DNA of 64,000 nt from Candidatus Micrarchaeota archaeon (lineage in GTDB: Archaea; Micrarchaeota; Micrarchaeia; Micrarchaeales; Micrarchaeaceae). Of the stretch, positions 29,473 to 37,260 are shown one piece after another. The stretch is from contig JAJYUR010000002.1 in assembly GCA_021792395.1 (NCBI GenBank), positions 5,592 through 69,591 of the forward strand, read 5' to 3'. Within the stretch, counting starts at the first letter, position 1, and every line of letters starts with the position of its first letter. Below the pieces are notes generated by a model. That model saw only the letters and a list, made by a program, of their open reading frames with translations, did not search any database and was not told the DNA's origin. Both the position numbers and the translations under genes were made by a program.

Positions 29473-29557
29473 TGCGCCAGTCGGGATTTGAACCCGAGCA
29501 TTCAGCTTTTTCCTAGACATGGGAAGCTGATATCCTACCAGGCTAGATTACTGGCGC
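29473..29557 (-). tRNA. tRNA-Gly (anticodon CCC) with a 12-nt canonical intron (37/38)
   Basis: Acceptor GCGCCAG/CTGGCGC, D arm ATCT-AGCCTGGTA-GGAT, anticodon stem TCAGC/GCTGA, T arm TCGGG-TTCAAAT-CCCGA. The intron at 29508..29519 has a BHB motif: 4-bp helix TTCC:GGAA flanked by the 3-nt bulges CAT and AAA. Confidence 0.75.
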
Positions 29558-29564
29558 AGTTGCA

Positions 29565-30362
29565 TTACCTTATATATGAAGTTGTCCTGTTGTCTCCGCC
29601 CGTGTTTCCTAGGCCAGGCTGCGGCATGGGTATGCTTGTGGCTATCTGCTGCTCGAGTTCTTTAAGCGTCTGTGCAGTCTTCTCTATCATTTTGTCCAGG
29701 TTTTTTGTGTCTATCTTAAGGCCAAGTTCTTTGGCGAGCAGCTCTAGCACTGCTTTAGCTGCCCTATGGTCAACATCTATGAATGTAGTCTCGCCCATCA
29801 AGCATATGCCTTCCATGCCATTCATCTTTGCAAACGCTATTATGAGCCCGGCCGATCCCAGTATAGTGCCTTTTGATTCCCCGAATACTATGCCCTTGCT
29901 GCGGAATTTATTCACTGTCGAGAGACTTGTCGCATTGCCGAATACCCTTGGGTTCTGCGCCACGCTTCCGGAAATGTTATATCCCCCTAAGGTATATATG
30001 AAACTGCCCTGCAACTGATTCCTGAAGAAATCCACTATCATCCTGTTGACCTCGTACTGACCTTCGGATGTCATAGCCTGCACATCTCCTGTAAGCAATA
30101 CTATATCAGAAGTTTTTTTGCTCTTAGATTTAAGAACATAGAATCTGTTATTTACAAGGCGTATGCCGCCGTTCTTCAGCATCGCCACCTGATGTGGGAA
30201 ATGGTTCGAATACAGCGTCGCGACCTTCTTAGCCTTAAATTCTTTTTTAAGGTGTTCCACAACTATCTTTCCTACGCTGCCTATGCCTGGCAGCCCTACA
30301 ATAAGGACAGGAGTTTTAAGCTTGGGGAGCTCCCCGTTAAGTTTTATGTATGTATCGTCCAT
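29565..30362 (-). CDS. PAC2-family proteasome assembly chaperone-like protein (COG1938)
   Basis: LIVGLPGIGSVGKIVVEHL N-terminal signature, and conserved archaeal neighbourhood with aIF2-alpha and L44e. Confidence 0.6.
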   Translation of the reverse strand: MDDTYIKLNGELPKLKTPVLIVGLPGIGSVGKIVVEHLKKEFKAKKVATLYSNHFPHQVAMLKNGGIRLVNNRFYVLKSKSKKTSDIVLLTGDVQAMTSEGQYEVNRMIVDFFRNQLQGSFIYTLGGYNISGSVAQNPRVFGNATSLSTVNKFRSKGIVFGESKGTILGSAGLIIAFAKMNGMEGICLMGETTFIDVDHRAAKAVLELLAKELGLKIDTKNLDKMIEKTAQTLKELEQQIATSIPMPQPGLGNTGGDNRTTSYIR

Positions 30363-30369
30363 TCAATCA

Positions 30370-31197
30370 TCACCCATATATTGCGTCCATTACATTTTCT
30401 TTCTCTTTTTTCAGTTTCTCCTTTTCGATCTTAAAAACGATGCCTTTGGTGCCTTCTATAAGAGCCACCGCCTCTTTAATTTTGTTTTCTGCTTCGTTGT
30501 AATCCTGGCCGTTGGATGCCATTCTGTATTTGGGCGAGCTAATGTAGGATACATTAACGCCTTTCTTTTCTACCTTTTTCAAAAGGTCGTTTATTGACGT
30601 CATCCCTGATTTCGTATTGAATGTGTATAGTATGGCTATGTACGATACGTTGTGCTGCTTCTTCTTTTTGTTTATTATTATCAATGATGCTATAGCATCC
30701 TTCAATTTTTTTGGTATATCTAGTTTTTTGTATTCTTCGGTGTCGTTGGCAGCATTGAAGAAAAGATTTGTGTAATTTTGGAATGCGCTCAGGACGTATT
30801 GCATCATCTGGTCCTTGCTTTGCTGGCTCTCCTTGCTCATCTTCAATGCCTGCATGAAAAGCCCGTTGAGTCTTTTCTCCAGATTGTATTCGCTTATCTT
30901 TGTCTTGGATTCCTTGGCCGTGACTTTTTTTAACGATATGTCTATGGTATCCTTGTCCATATCTACGTATATTACCTTGCAGACTATTTTTTGGCCCTGG
31001 TGCAGGAATTCCCTTATGTTCTTTATCCATCCGGATGATACCTCCTTCAGCGGCAGAAAGACCTCCGTGCCGCCATATTCAGGCAATTTGCAGTATGCGC
31101 CGTACCTGGTTATCTTTGATACCTCCGCTATTACTAACGAATTCTGTTTGGGAAATATTTTATTTGACATCAGGATATCACTTTGATTTCGGGTCAC
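30370..31197 (-). CDS. eif2a: translation initiation factor 2 alpha subunit (aIF2-alpha)
   Basis: S1 domain (LVIAEVSKITRYGAYCKLPEYGGTEVFLPLKEVSSGWIKNIREFL), then a helical domain and an alpha-beta domain. Confidence 0.85.
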   Translation of the reverse strand: MTRNQSDILMSNKIFPKQNSLVIAEVSKITRYGAYCKLPEYGGTEVFLPLKEVSSGWIKNIREFLHQGQKIVCKVIYVDMDKDTIDISLKKVTAKESKTKISEYNLEKRLNGLFMQALKMSKESQQSKDQMMQYVLSAFQNYTNLFFNAANDTEEYKKLDIPKKLKDAIASLIIINKKKKQHNVSYIAILYTFNTKSGMTSINDLLKKVEKKGVNVSYISSPKYRMASNGQDYNEAENKIKEAVALIEGTKGIVFKIEKEKLKKEKENVMDAIYG

Positions 31198-31475
31198 ATA
31201 CCGAATTCCAGCTTTTTCTTTGTTCTGGACCCTAGAACCCTTTCCACTTTATATTTACAGTCCTTGCATTCTAGCAGTACCTTTTGCCTTTTTGATACTT
31301 TTACCACAGTAGCTTGTCCTTTTACCTTGCCTATGTATCCCTTAAGTTTTCTGGCGCGCCTGCGCTTTCCTACATTAAGTCCGCTTTCTGGCTTCTTTGA
31401 GTATAATATGACCTTATGGTTCGTATTCTTGCCGCATTTTGGGCAGAATGTCTTTATCTCTCTAGGTACTTTCAT
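31194..31475 (-). CDS. rpl44e: 50S ribosomal protein L44e
   Basis: MKVPREIKTFCPKCGKNTNHKV...GKRRRARKLKGYIGKVKG...CKDCKYK. Confidence 0.9.
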   Translation of the reverse strand: MKVPREIKTFCPKCGKNTNHKVILYSKKPESGLNVGKRRRARKLKGYIGKVKGQATVVKVSKRQKVLLECKDCKYKVERVLGSRTKKKLEFGM

Positions 31476-31501
31476 TTTATCACATTTGGATGTTTTATGT
31501 T

Positions 31502-31981
31502 TTAAGCTTGCTCACATAGCGTATTCTCAATTAAAAATCTTGCGTCGTTGGTATTCTCTATCTCCAAAACAGAGCCCTTCTGTACAGGCCCTATCTTGTC
31601 CCCTGAAGGAAGAAACACCTCAGGTATCTCAATTATCGCCCGTAGTGTAATGACTTCGTTTTCTGCAGAGCTTCCAGATATATCCACTTTGTTTTCTTTT
31701 GTAACATTTATAAGTTTAATGTAAAAATCCTGTTCTGCTTTTGGTATGGGTGATGGTAGTTGTTTGTTGTATGCAACATATATTATGATTTTCTGCTTCC
31801 TTTTTTCGTAGAGCTCGTTCGTTATTTTTATTATGTTGTTTCTTATGATTGATGCTTCTTCGTCGTTTGGGTTTTTGGATCCGAGTGATTCTGTGTCTTT
31901 TCTTATCTCATCGTAGAAATTCTTAGGTATGGTTTGAAGCTCATTTGAGTATTTTTCCTTTTGGTATACTTGCCACAACAT
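31502..31981 (-). CDS. GINS subunit (Gins51/Gins15-like)
   Basis: An N-terminal helical A-domain pattern (LQTIPKNFYDEI...IIRNNIIKITNELYEKRKQKII) is followed by a C-terminal beta domain (IEIPEVFLPSGDKIGPVQKGSVLEIENTNDARFLIENTLCE). Confidence 0.5.
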   Translation of the reverse strand: MLWQVYQKEKYSNELQTIPKNFYDEIRKDTESLGSKNPNDEEASIIRNNIIKITNELYEKRKQKIIIYVAYNKQLPSPIPKAEQDFYIKLINVTKENKVDISGSSAENEVITLRAIIEIPEVFLPSGDKIGPVQKGSVLEIENTNDARFLIENTLCEQA

Positions 31982-32143
31982 GTCGTAAGAAATATGTTCT
32001 GTTATATTAACACCCCTCTATTCCGATAATCCTCGGAATATTTTTAGCTTTCGCCCATATATAGTTAGTGATTGCTGTTTTTTTAAACATATATATAATA
32101 TAATAAAATACATGAATAGCGGAACTAAGGGGTGGCTGCCATA

Positions 32144-32218
32144 TAGCGAGGAGTGGATTTGAACCACTGATCTCCGGGTTATGAGCCCGGCGGGCACTCC
32201 AGACTACCCTACCTCGCT
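32144..32218 (-). tRNA. initiator tRNA-Met (anticodon CAU), no intron
   Basis: Acceptor AGCGAGG/CCTCGCT gives A1:U72. The anticodon arm CCGGG-CTCATAA-CCCGG carries the three G:C pairs typical of initiators. T arm is AGTGG-TTCAAAT-CCACT. Length 75 nt. Confidence 0.8.
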
Positions 32219-32240
32219 CTGCTTGCCTTTTTTATGTAAT

Positions 32241-33056
32241 TTAACTTTTTGATATCTCTGCAGCCTTCAAAATTTCTTCAATGTCGTCTTTGCTCTTCCT
32301 TACCATAAGTTTATTGCACGAGCATTTAAAATTCGCTTCATAAGCGGCATCAAAAGTAAATATCATCTTGCTGTCCTTATAGCATTTATCACATATGAAA
32401 TAATCATTGCAGCCATCCTTTATCGTACTTTCAGTGCTAGATACACTCTTTACATAATCAAAAAACTGATCTACCTTATTGTTGTTTATGTACCACGAAA
32501 AAGAAAGCCATCCATCTACGTTTTTGGATATGTTATAATTTGTTATGCCATATCCCTGCATTATATTCAATATCCTTCGCACGCCATTTATCTTCATATC
32601 TAAAATTTCTGCGATCTGCTCGTCTGTTTTAGGGGTTTCAAGGAGGCTAAGCACCTCAGAGGCGCGTTTGCTCACGTTCTTATTTAAATATGATATTATG
32701 GGCTCGTTCTGCATTATGGATTCTATTATCTCTTTAGTTCTTTCCAAGGTCGCCTTCTCGGCCATGGCCTCTTCTGTTTTCCTAATTTCTGCTTTGGTGA
32801 CCTTTGCTATGTGTGGTTTGCTTGCCTGTATTTTCTTCGCAGTGCCCGCTCTGTTATTTCTGCCATTCACTAAACGCTTCTTCGCAGTTGCAGGCCCCTT
32901 CACGCCAATCGTGCGTGTATGTGCTTTCAGGGCAACTGCCCGCTTGGAAACCGCAGCATGCGCTGCACTGTGTTTCGGTGCAACCTTAACGTGTTTAATA
33001 TTTGTATTACGCTTTCCAGAAAACTTGCGTTCGGGGTTGTTGATTCGTTTTGACAT
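32241..33056 (-). CDS. tfe: transcription factor E (TFE-alpha) with a ~100-aa basic N-terminal extension
   Basis: Winged-helix region (SEVLSLLETPKTDEQIAEILDMKINGVRRILNIMQGYGI) plus a zinc-ribbon-like CDKC...CSC, preceded by a K/R/A-rich low-complexity N-terminus. Confidence 0.6.
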   Translation of the reverse strand: MSKRINNPERKFSGKRNTNIKHVKVAPKHSAAHAAVSKRAVALKAHTRTIGVKGPATAKKRLVNGRNNRAGTAKKIQASKPHIAKVTKAEIRKTEEAMAEKATLERTKEIIESIMQNEPIISYLNKNVSKRASEVLSLLETPKTDEQIAEILDMKINGVRRILNIMQGYGITNYNISKNVDGWLSFSWYINNNKVDQFFDYVKSVSSTESTIKDGCNDYFICDKCYKDSKMIFTFDAAYEANFKCSCNKLMVRKSKDDIEEILKAAEISKS

Positions 33057-33244
33057 TTAGATACACCATGAATTTAGAAGCGTAATCTATTTTGTATTTT
33101 CTATTATTTAAACCTTCCTATCCCATAATATATAGTAAATTGGCACAGCCCCACAAAGGCACGCACAGGCAGGCAATATTTTTATATTTTGCTTATCAAA
33201 GCGTATAACCTAGCTATGGTCTTCATCATAATGCAAGTGATAAA

Positions 33245-33751
33245 ATGGGAATGTACAAAAGCATAAAGAAAACATTTATAAAGGAATACCAGGATCGTTC
33301 TGACATTTATAAAAACAAAATGGCCGAATGGTCAAAGGAGCCGCCGGTATCTAAGATAGGGAAACCAACAAACCTCTCAAGGGCACGAAATCTAGGCTAT
33401 AAGGCGAAGGAAGGCATAACAGTTGCAAGAGTCAGGGTAAGAAAAGGCAACAGGAAAAGAGCTACAGTGGGAGGAGGCAGGAAACCATCGAAGAGCGGAA
33501 GGTATTTTTCAAGAAGCAAGTCGCTGCAGTCGATAGCCGAAGAGCGTGCAGCTAAAAAGTTCACGAATTTCGAGATAATGAACTCATATTTTGTAGGAGA
33601 GATCGGCACCGACAGGTTCTACGAAGTAATAATGCTGGACAAGAGCAGCAAAGTGTTGCAGGCAGACGCCGGATATTCAAGCATATTGAAAAACCCGCAC
33701 AGGGCAGAACGTGGTCTTACAAGTTCCGGGCGAAAGCATAGAGGGATTTAG
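33245..33751 (+). CDS. rpl15e: 50S ribosomal protein L15e
   Basis: PTNLSRARNLGYKAKEGITVARVRVRKGNRKR...YEVIMLD...GLTSSGRKHRGI. Ends at the TAG at 33749-33751. Confidence 0.9.
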   Translation: MGMYKSIKKTFIKEYQDRSDIYKNKMAEWSKEPPVSKIGKPTNLSRARNLGYKAKEGITVARVRVRKGNRKRATVGGGRKPSKSGRYFSRSKSLQSIAEERAAKKFTNFEIMNSYFVGEIGTDRFYEVIMLDKSSKVLQADAGYSSILKNPHRAERGLTSSGRKHRGI

Positions 33752-33755
33752 ACGG

Positions 33756-34009
33756 ATGAATCTTCAAGAAAGTTTAAATACTTTGCAGAGATAAAGATAA
33801 CAGGATACGGCGACAACATTAAAGCTATAGGCAGCATAAAAACATACGAGCGCAGCAGCATAGCCATAAAAAAAGAAAAGGGCTGCCTGAAAATAAGCAT
33901 AAGTGCGGCTGACGCAACTGCGTTGCGTGCATCCGTCAATTCTGTTTTGCGCGATGTGCAGACAATAGACGGGGCCACCGCGTTATTCCACAAATCGCAA
34001 AAAAAGTAA
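33756..34009 (+). CDS. pcc1: KEOPS subunit Pcc1-like protein; reading frame needs a -1 shift (or another non-standard start)
   Basis: Absent from the ORF track. The frame opening at 33752 encodes ...KYFAEIKITGYGDNIKAIGSIKTYERSSIAIKKEKGCLKISISAADATALRASVNSVLRDVQTIDGA..., which carries the Pcc1 signature (A.D..ALRAS.NS.LR). It has no in-frame ATG/GTG/TTG before the conserved part. The ATG at 33756 is in the +1 frame and meets T_TTA_AAT at 33773..33779. Confidence 0.5.
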
Positions 34010-34109
34010 AAATATATAAATATATGGCGATATCAATTAATACCTTAAAGCAGGTAAATACCGATTTATCTGAAAGTGTGCATTGTTTAATTGCAATTTA
34101 GTGTTATAA

Positions 34110-35069
34110 ATGGCTAGTTCACAATATTGGCAGAAAAGGCGCGCTCATAAACGCCTGCCCAGGATACGCAGCAGTGCGTCCAAGCAGGCACAGGTGGGCA
34201 TTACGAATATCGTTACATATAAGGCTGGGATGACGACGTTATCGATGCTGGACGACTCAGAATCGCAAAAGAAGGGCATCGAGGTAGTGAAGGCATGCAC
34301 GGTGCTGGAGGTCCCGAAGACAGAGTTTTACGGAATCAGGCTTTATAGAAAAAGCCCCATAACCGGCTACACTATCACACATACTGAAATATACGACAAG
34401 CAGATAGCCCAAAAGCTTGGCATAAAGAAGCTGGCGCACGATAACGCATACCTAAAGGATGCCGAAAAGGACATCCCATCATGTTCAGACGTAAGCGCGC
34501 TGTTGGTAGCATTTCCGGAAGGCACAAGCACTGGCCAAAGGCACCCGCAAAGGTTCGAAAGCGCAATATCGGGAAAAACGTTGGAAGAAAAATTTAAGTT
34601 TGCAAGCGAGATGCTTGGCAAGGAGGTAAAGCCGGCAAACGCGTTCAAGCCAGGCGAATACATAGATATAAGCTCGATATCCATAGGCAAAGGGTGGGCG
34701 GGCGTTATAAAAAGACATGGCGTTTCAAGATTGCAGCATAAAGCTACTGGAAAGATAAGGCACGTGGGCACCCTTGGTGCGTTCACTCCTGGAAAGGTTC
34801 TATATACCGTTCCGCACGCCGGGCAGCTTGGATTCAACTACAGGACGGAATACAATAAAAGGCTAATAAAGATAGGCGCACAGGCAGATGTGCAATCCAT
34901 AAACCCAAAACAGGGCTTCGGAAAATACGGCATGGTGAAGAACGATTATGTTGTAATAGAAGGGTCAGTTGTGGGCCCGGCTAAAAGACTGGTAAGGGTA
35001 AGGAAATCAATACGCAATACAAATGCAAGCGGCATAAAGGAGCCGAAAATCCTATATATGAAGCAGTGA
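34110..35069 (+). CDS. rpl3: 50S ribosomal protein L3
   Basis: 319 aa with FKPGEYIDISSISIGKGWAGVIKRHG and conserved operon position. Confidence 0.9.
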   Translation: MASSQYWQKRRAHKRLPRIRSSASKQAQVGITNIVTYKAGMTTLSMLDDSESQKKGIEVVKACTVLEVPKTEFYGIRLYRKSPITGYTITHTEIYDKQIAQKLGIKKLAHDNAYLKDAEKDIPSCSDVSALLVAFPEGTSTGQRHPQRFESAISGKTLEEKFKFASEMLGKEVKPANAFKPGEYIDISSISIGKGWAGVIKRHGVSRLQHKATGKIRHVGTLGAFTPGKVLYTVPHAGQLGFNYRTEYNKRLIKIGAQADVQSINPKQGFGKYGMVKNDYVVIEGSVVGPAKRLVRVRKSIRNTNASGIKEPKILYMKQ

Positions 35070-35073
35070 TATC

Positions 35074-35883
35074 ATGGCTCAAGCAGATGTTTTATCTTTG
35101 GAAGGGAAGGCCGATCATCAAATAGAGCTTCCATACGTATTCGATAAGGAGGCAAAGGATTGGCTCATAAGGCGGGCGGTAATAGCGGAGAGTTCGCAAA
35201 ACCTACAGCCGCAAGGTCATTATCTGCTCGCAGGAATGCAGACTACCGCAGCATATTACGGTGCAATGATGTCTTACAGGACTGGAAGACACATGGGTAA
35301 GGCCATAAGGCCAAGGGAGAAGCTCGGCGGTGGAGTGCAGGGCAAAGTCAAGCGCATACCGTCAGCAGTGAAAGGTAAACGCGCGCACCCCCACGTAATA
35401 GAAAAAAGGCTTAACGAATATATGGGTAAGAGCGAATATCTCCACGCAATGGAAAGTGCCATCGCAGCAACATCAAGATTGAACAGCAAGGATAAAAAGA
35501 TGCCATTAGTAATGATTAACGAAATAGAATCCATAAAGAAGACGAAGGAGATGGTCAAGGTTCTTAAGAGCCTAAGCCTCGATGGCCTGATAGGCAATGC
35601 CGCAGCAGGCAAAAACAGGAAAGGCATCAGGAGATCATCGAAGCAGCGCATTTCAAAGCAGTCTGTATTGCTGATACTTAACGAAGACAAAGGAGCCATA
35701 GAAGCGGCAAGGAACATACGCGGAGTGAAGGCATGCACGATAAAGGAAATAAGCGCAAACAAGCTTGCTCCTGGGGGCAGTCCTATAAAGGTCGCCATAT
35801 GGAGCGAGGACGCAGTTAAAAACATAGCATCCGTAATATCAAAAGCCGAAATGAAAAAAGCGGCAAAGACCATAAAGGTGTGA
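35074..35883 (+). CDS. rpl4: 50S ribosomal protein L4 (L4/L1e)
   Basis: Operon position after L3. Contains YRTGRHMGKAIRPRE...GGVQGKVKRIPSAVKG. Confidence 0.9.
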   Translation: MAQADVLSLEGKADHQIELPYVFDKEAKDWLIRRAVIAESSQNLQPQGHYLLAGMQTTAAYYGAMMSYRTGRHMGKAIRPREKLGGGVQGKVKRIPSAVKGKRAHPHVIEKRLNEYMGKSEYLHAMESAIAATSRLNSKDKKMPLVMINEIESIKKTKEMVKVLKSLSLDGLIGNAAAGKNRKGIRRSSKQRISKQSVLLILNEDKGAIEAARNIRGVKACTIKEISANKLAPGGSPIKVAIWSEDAVKNIASVISKAEMKKAAKTIKV

Positions 35884-35886
35884 AAC

Positions 35887-36138
35887 ATGTCAGCATTGAT
35901 ACATCCAATAGCTACAGAAAAATCCATAGGCTTAGTCTCAAAAGAGAATTTGATAGTGTATTCTGTTAGCCTTGGCTCTACAAAGCCCGAAATAAAAAAA
36001 GAATTCGAGCGCATGTTCAACACAAAGGTGGCGAAAATACGCACGGTCAATATGCCTAACAACGTAAAGAAGGCATTCATAAAACTTGCACCAGGCGCCA
36101 ACGCCAGCGATATAGCGATGAAATTGAAATTGGTGTAA
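35887..36138 (+). CDS. rpl23: 50S ribosomal protein L23
   Basis: 83 aa with IHPIATEKS...FERMFNTKVAKIRTVN. Confidence 0.9.
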   Translation: MSALIHPIATEKSIGLVSKENLIVYSVSLGSTKPEIKKEFERMFNTKVAKIRTVNMPNNVKKAFIKLAPGANASDIAMKLKLV

Positions 36139-36141
36139 TTA

Positions 36142-36852
36142 ATGGGAAAGAAATTGAGGCAGCAAAGGAGGGGAAAGGGATCGAACGTCTATTCAAAGCT
36201 ACCTGGGACATTCGACATCAGTGTAGATTTTCCTAACAGCTCAAAAGTCACCACTGCAGAAGTGGTATCTCTATTCAATCATACGGGGCATACTGCTCCC
36301 TTAATGGAAATAATATATGAAGACTTTTCAAAAGGGTACATGATAGCCCCAGAAGGCATAAAAATCGGCGACAAGATATCGATAAACAAGCAATCCGGCT
36401 ATTCGTTGGGCAGCGTAGTGCACCTATCTGAAATACCTGAAGGGATACCGATATACAATATAGAATCCATACCTGGGGACGGCGGCAAATTGGTAAGGTC
36501 TGCAGGAGCTGCAGCCTACATATCTGGACGAATAGGCGAAAAGGTAAATGTTAAAATGCCATCAAAATCAAATGTGCCAATGAGCTCTGACTGCAGGGCG
36601 CAGCTCGGGGTTGTAGCTGGGGGAGGCAAGAAGGATGCACCCATAGTGACCGCAGGCAAGGCGCACTATATGAATCATACTTTAAACAGGCTATGGCCGA
36701 GGAACAGGGGCGTGAAGATGAATCCCGTGGACCATCCGTTCGGCGGCAAGCAGCACCACAAGGGCAAGAGCAGCATGACCTCTAGGAATGCCCCTCCGGG
36801 AAGAAAGGTAGGGCATATAGCTGCAAGGCGTGTAGGAAGGAAGAAGAAATGA
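36142..36852 (+). CDS. rpl2: 50S ribosomal protein L2
   Basis: GGKLVRSAGAAA..., PVDHPFGGKQHHKG..., GRKVGHIAARRVGRKKK. Confidence 0.95.
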   Translation: MGKKLRQQRRGKGSNVYSKLPGTFDISVDFPNSSKVTTAEVVSLFNHTGHTAPLMEIIYEDFSKGYMIAPEGIKIGDKISINKQSGYSLGSVVHLSEIPEGIPIYNIESIPGDGGKLVRSAGAAAYISGRIGEKVNVKMPSKSNVPMSSDCRAQLGVVAGGGKKDAPIVTAGKAHYMNHTLNRLWPRNRGVKMNPVDHPFGGKQHHKGKSSMTSRNAPPGRKVGHIAARRVGRKKK

Positions 36853-36864
36853 GCAGATGATTAA

Positions 36865-37251
36865 ATGGTAGAAAGAATAGCATTCAAAGGCAAGATGCCC
36901 GGCGATATTCCATCGATGAGCAGCGAAGAGTATCTTTCGCTGATAAAGTCCAGGCAGAGGCGCTGGATTAAGCGCAATTCATTGCAGTACAGGACGCTTA
37001 TCAAGAAGGTCGAGGAGCGAAGGGCGAAGAGCAAACCGGTAAGGACGCAGACACGCGAAGCAGTTATACTGCCGAGCTGGATAGGGATGACATTCGAAGT
37101 ATATAGCGGCAAGGAGTATCAGAAACTCCTAATAGAACCGCAGATGCTTGGCCATAGGCTTGGCGAATTTGTATACACGACGAAACGCGTGCAGCATTCG
37201 GCTCCAGGAATAAAAGCAACTCGCGGAAGCAAGTTCCTCTCCCAAAAATAG
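36865..37251 (+). CDS. rps19: 30S ribosomal protein S19
   Basis: GMTFEVYSGKEYQKLLIEPQMLGHRLGEFVYTTKRVQHSAPG. Confidence 0.9.
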   Translation: MVERIAFKGKMPGDIPSMSSEEYLSLIKSRQRRWIKRNSLQYRTLIKKVEERRAKSKPVRTQTREAVILPSWIGMTFEVYSGKEYQKLLIEPQMLGHRLGEFVYTTKRVQHSAPGIKATRGSKFLSQK

Positions 37252-37260
37252 GTGAATTAA

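Noticed and set aside
29565-29580. C-terminal HbYX proteasome-activating motif on the PAC2-like protein
   Set aside because: The protein ends ...TSYIR, which puts the Tyr at position -3 rather than the penultimate position. It does not fit HbYX.
29464-30018. 184-aa + strand ORF
   Set aside because: It starts inside the tRNA-Gly gene and runs antisense to the PAC2-family CDS. It is Ser/Leu/Pro-rich shadow sequence.
33748-33993. 81-aa - strand ORF listed in the track
   Set aside because: It is the antisense shadow of the Pcc1-like reading frame, which carries a clear family signature on the + strand.
35274-36101. 275-aa - strand ORF spanning L4-L23
   Set aside because: It is antisense to three ribosomal protein genes with unmistakable signatures. 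This is the typical long shadow ORF of purine-rich coding strands. The same reasoning applies to 27347..28096 (antisense to radA) and 28379..28906 (antisense to the DUF92 gene).
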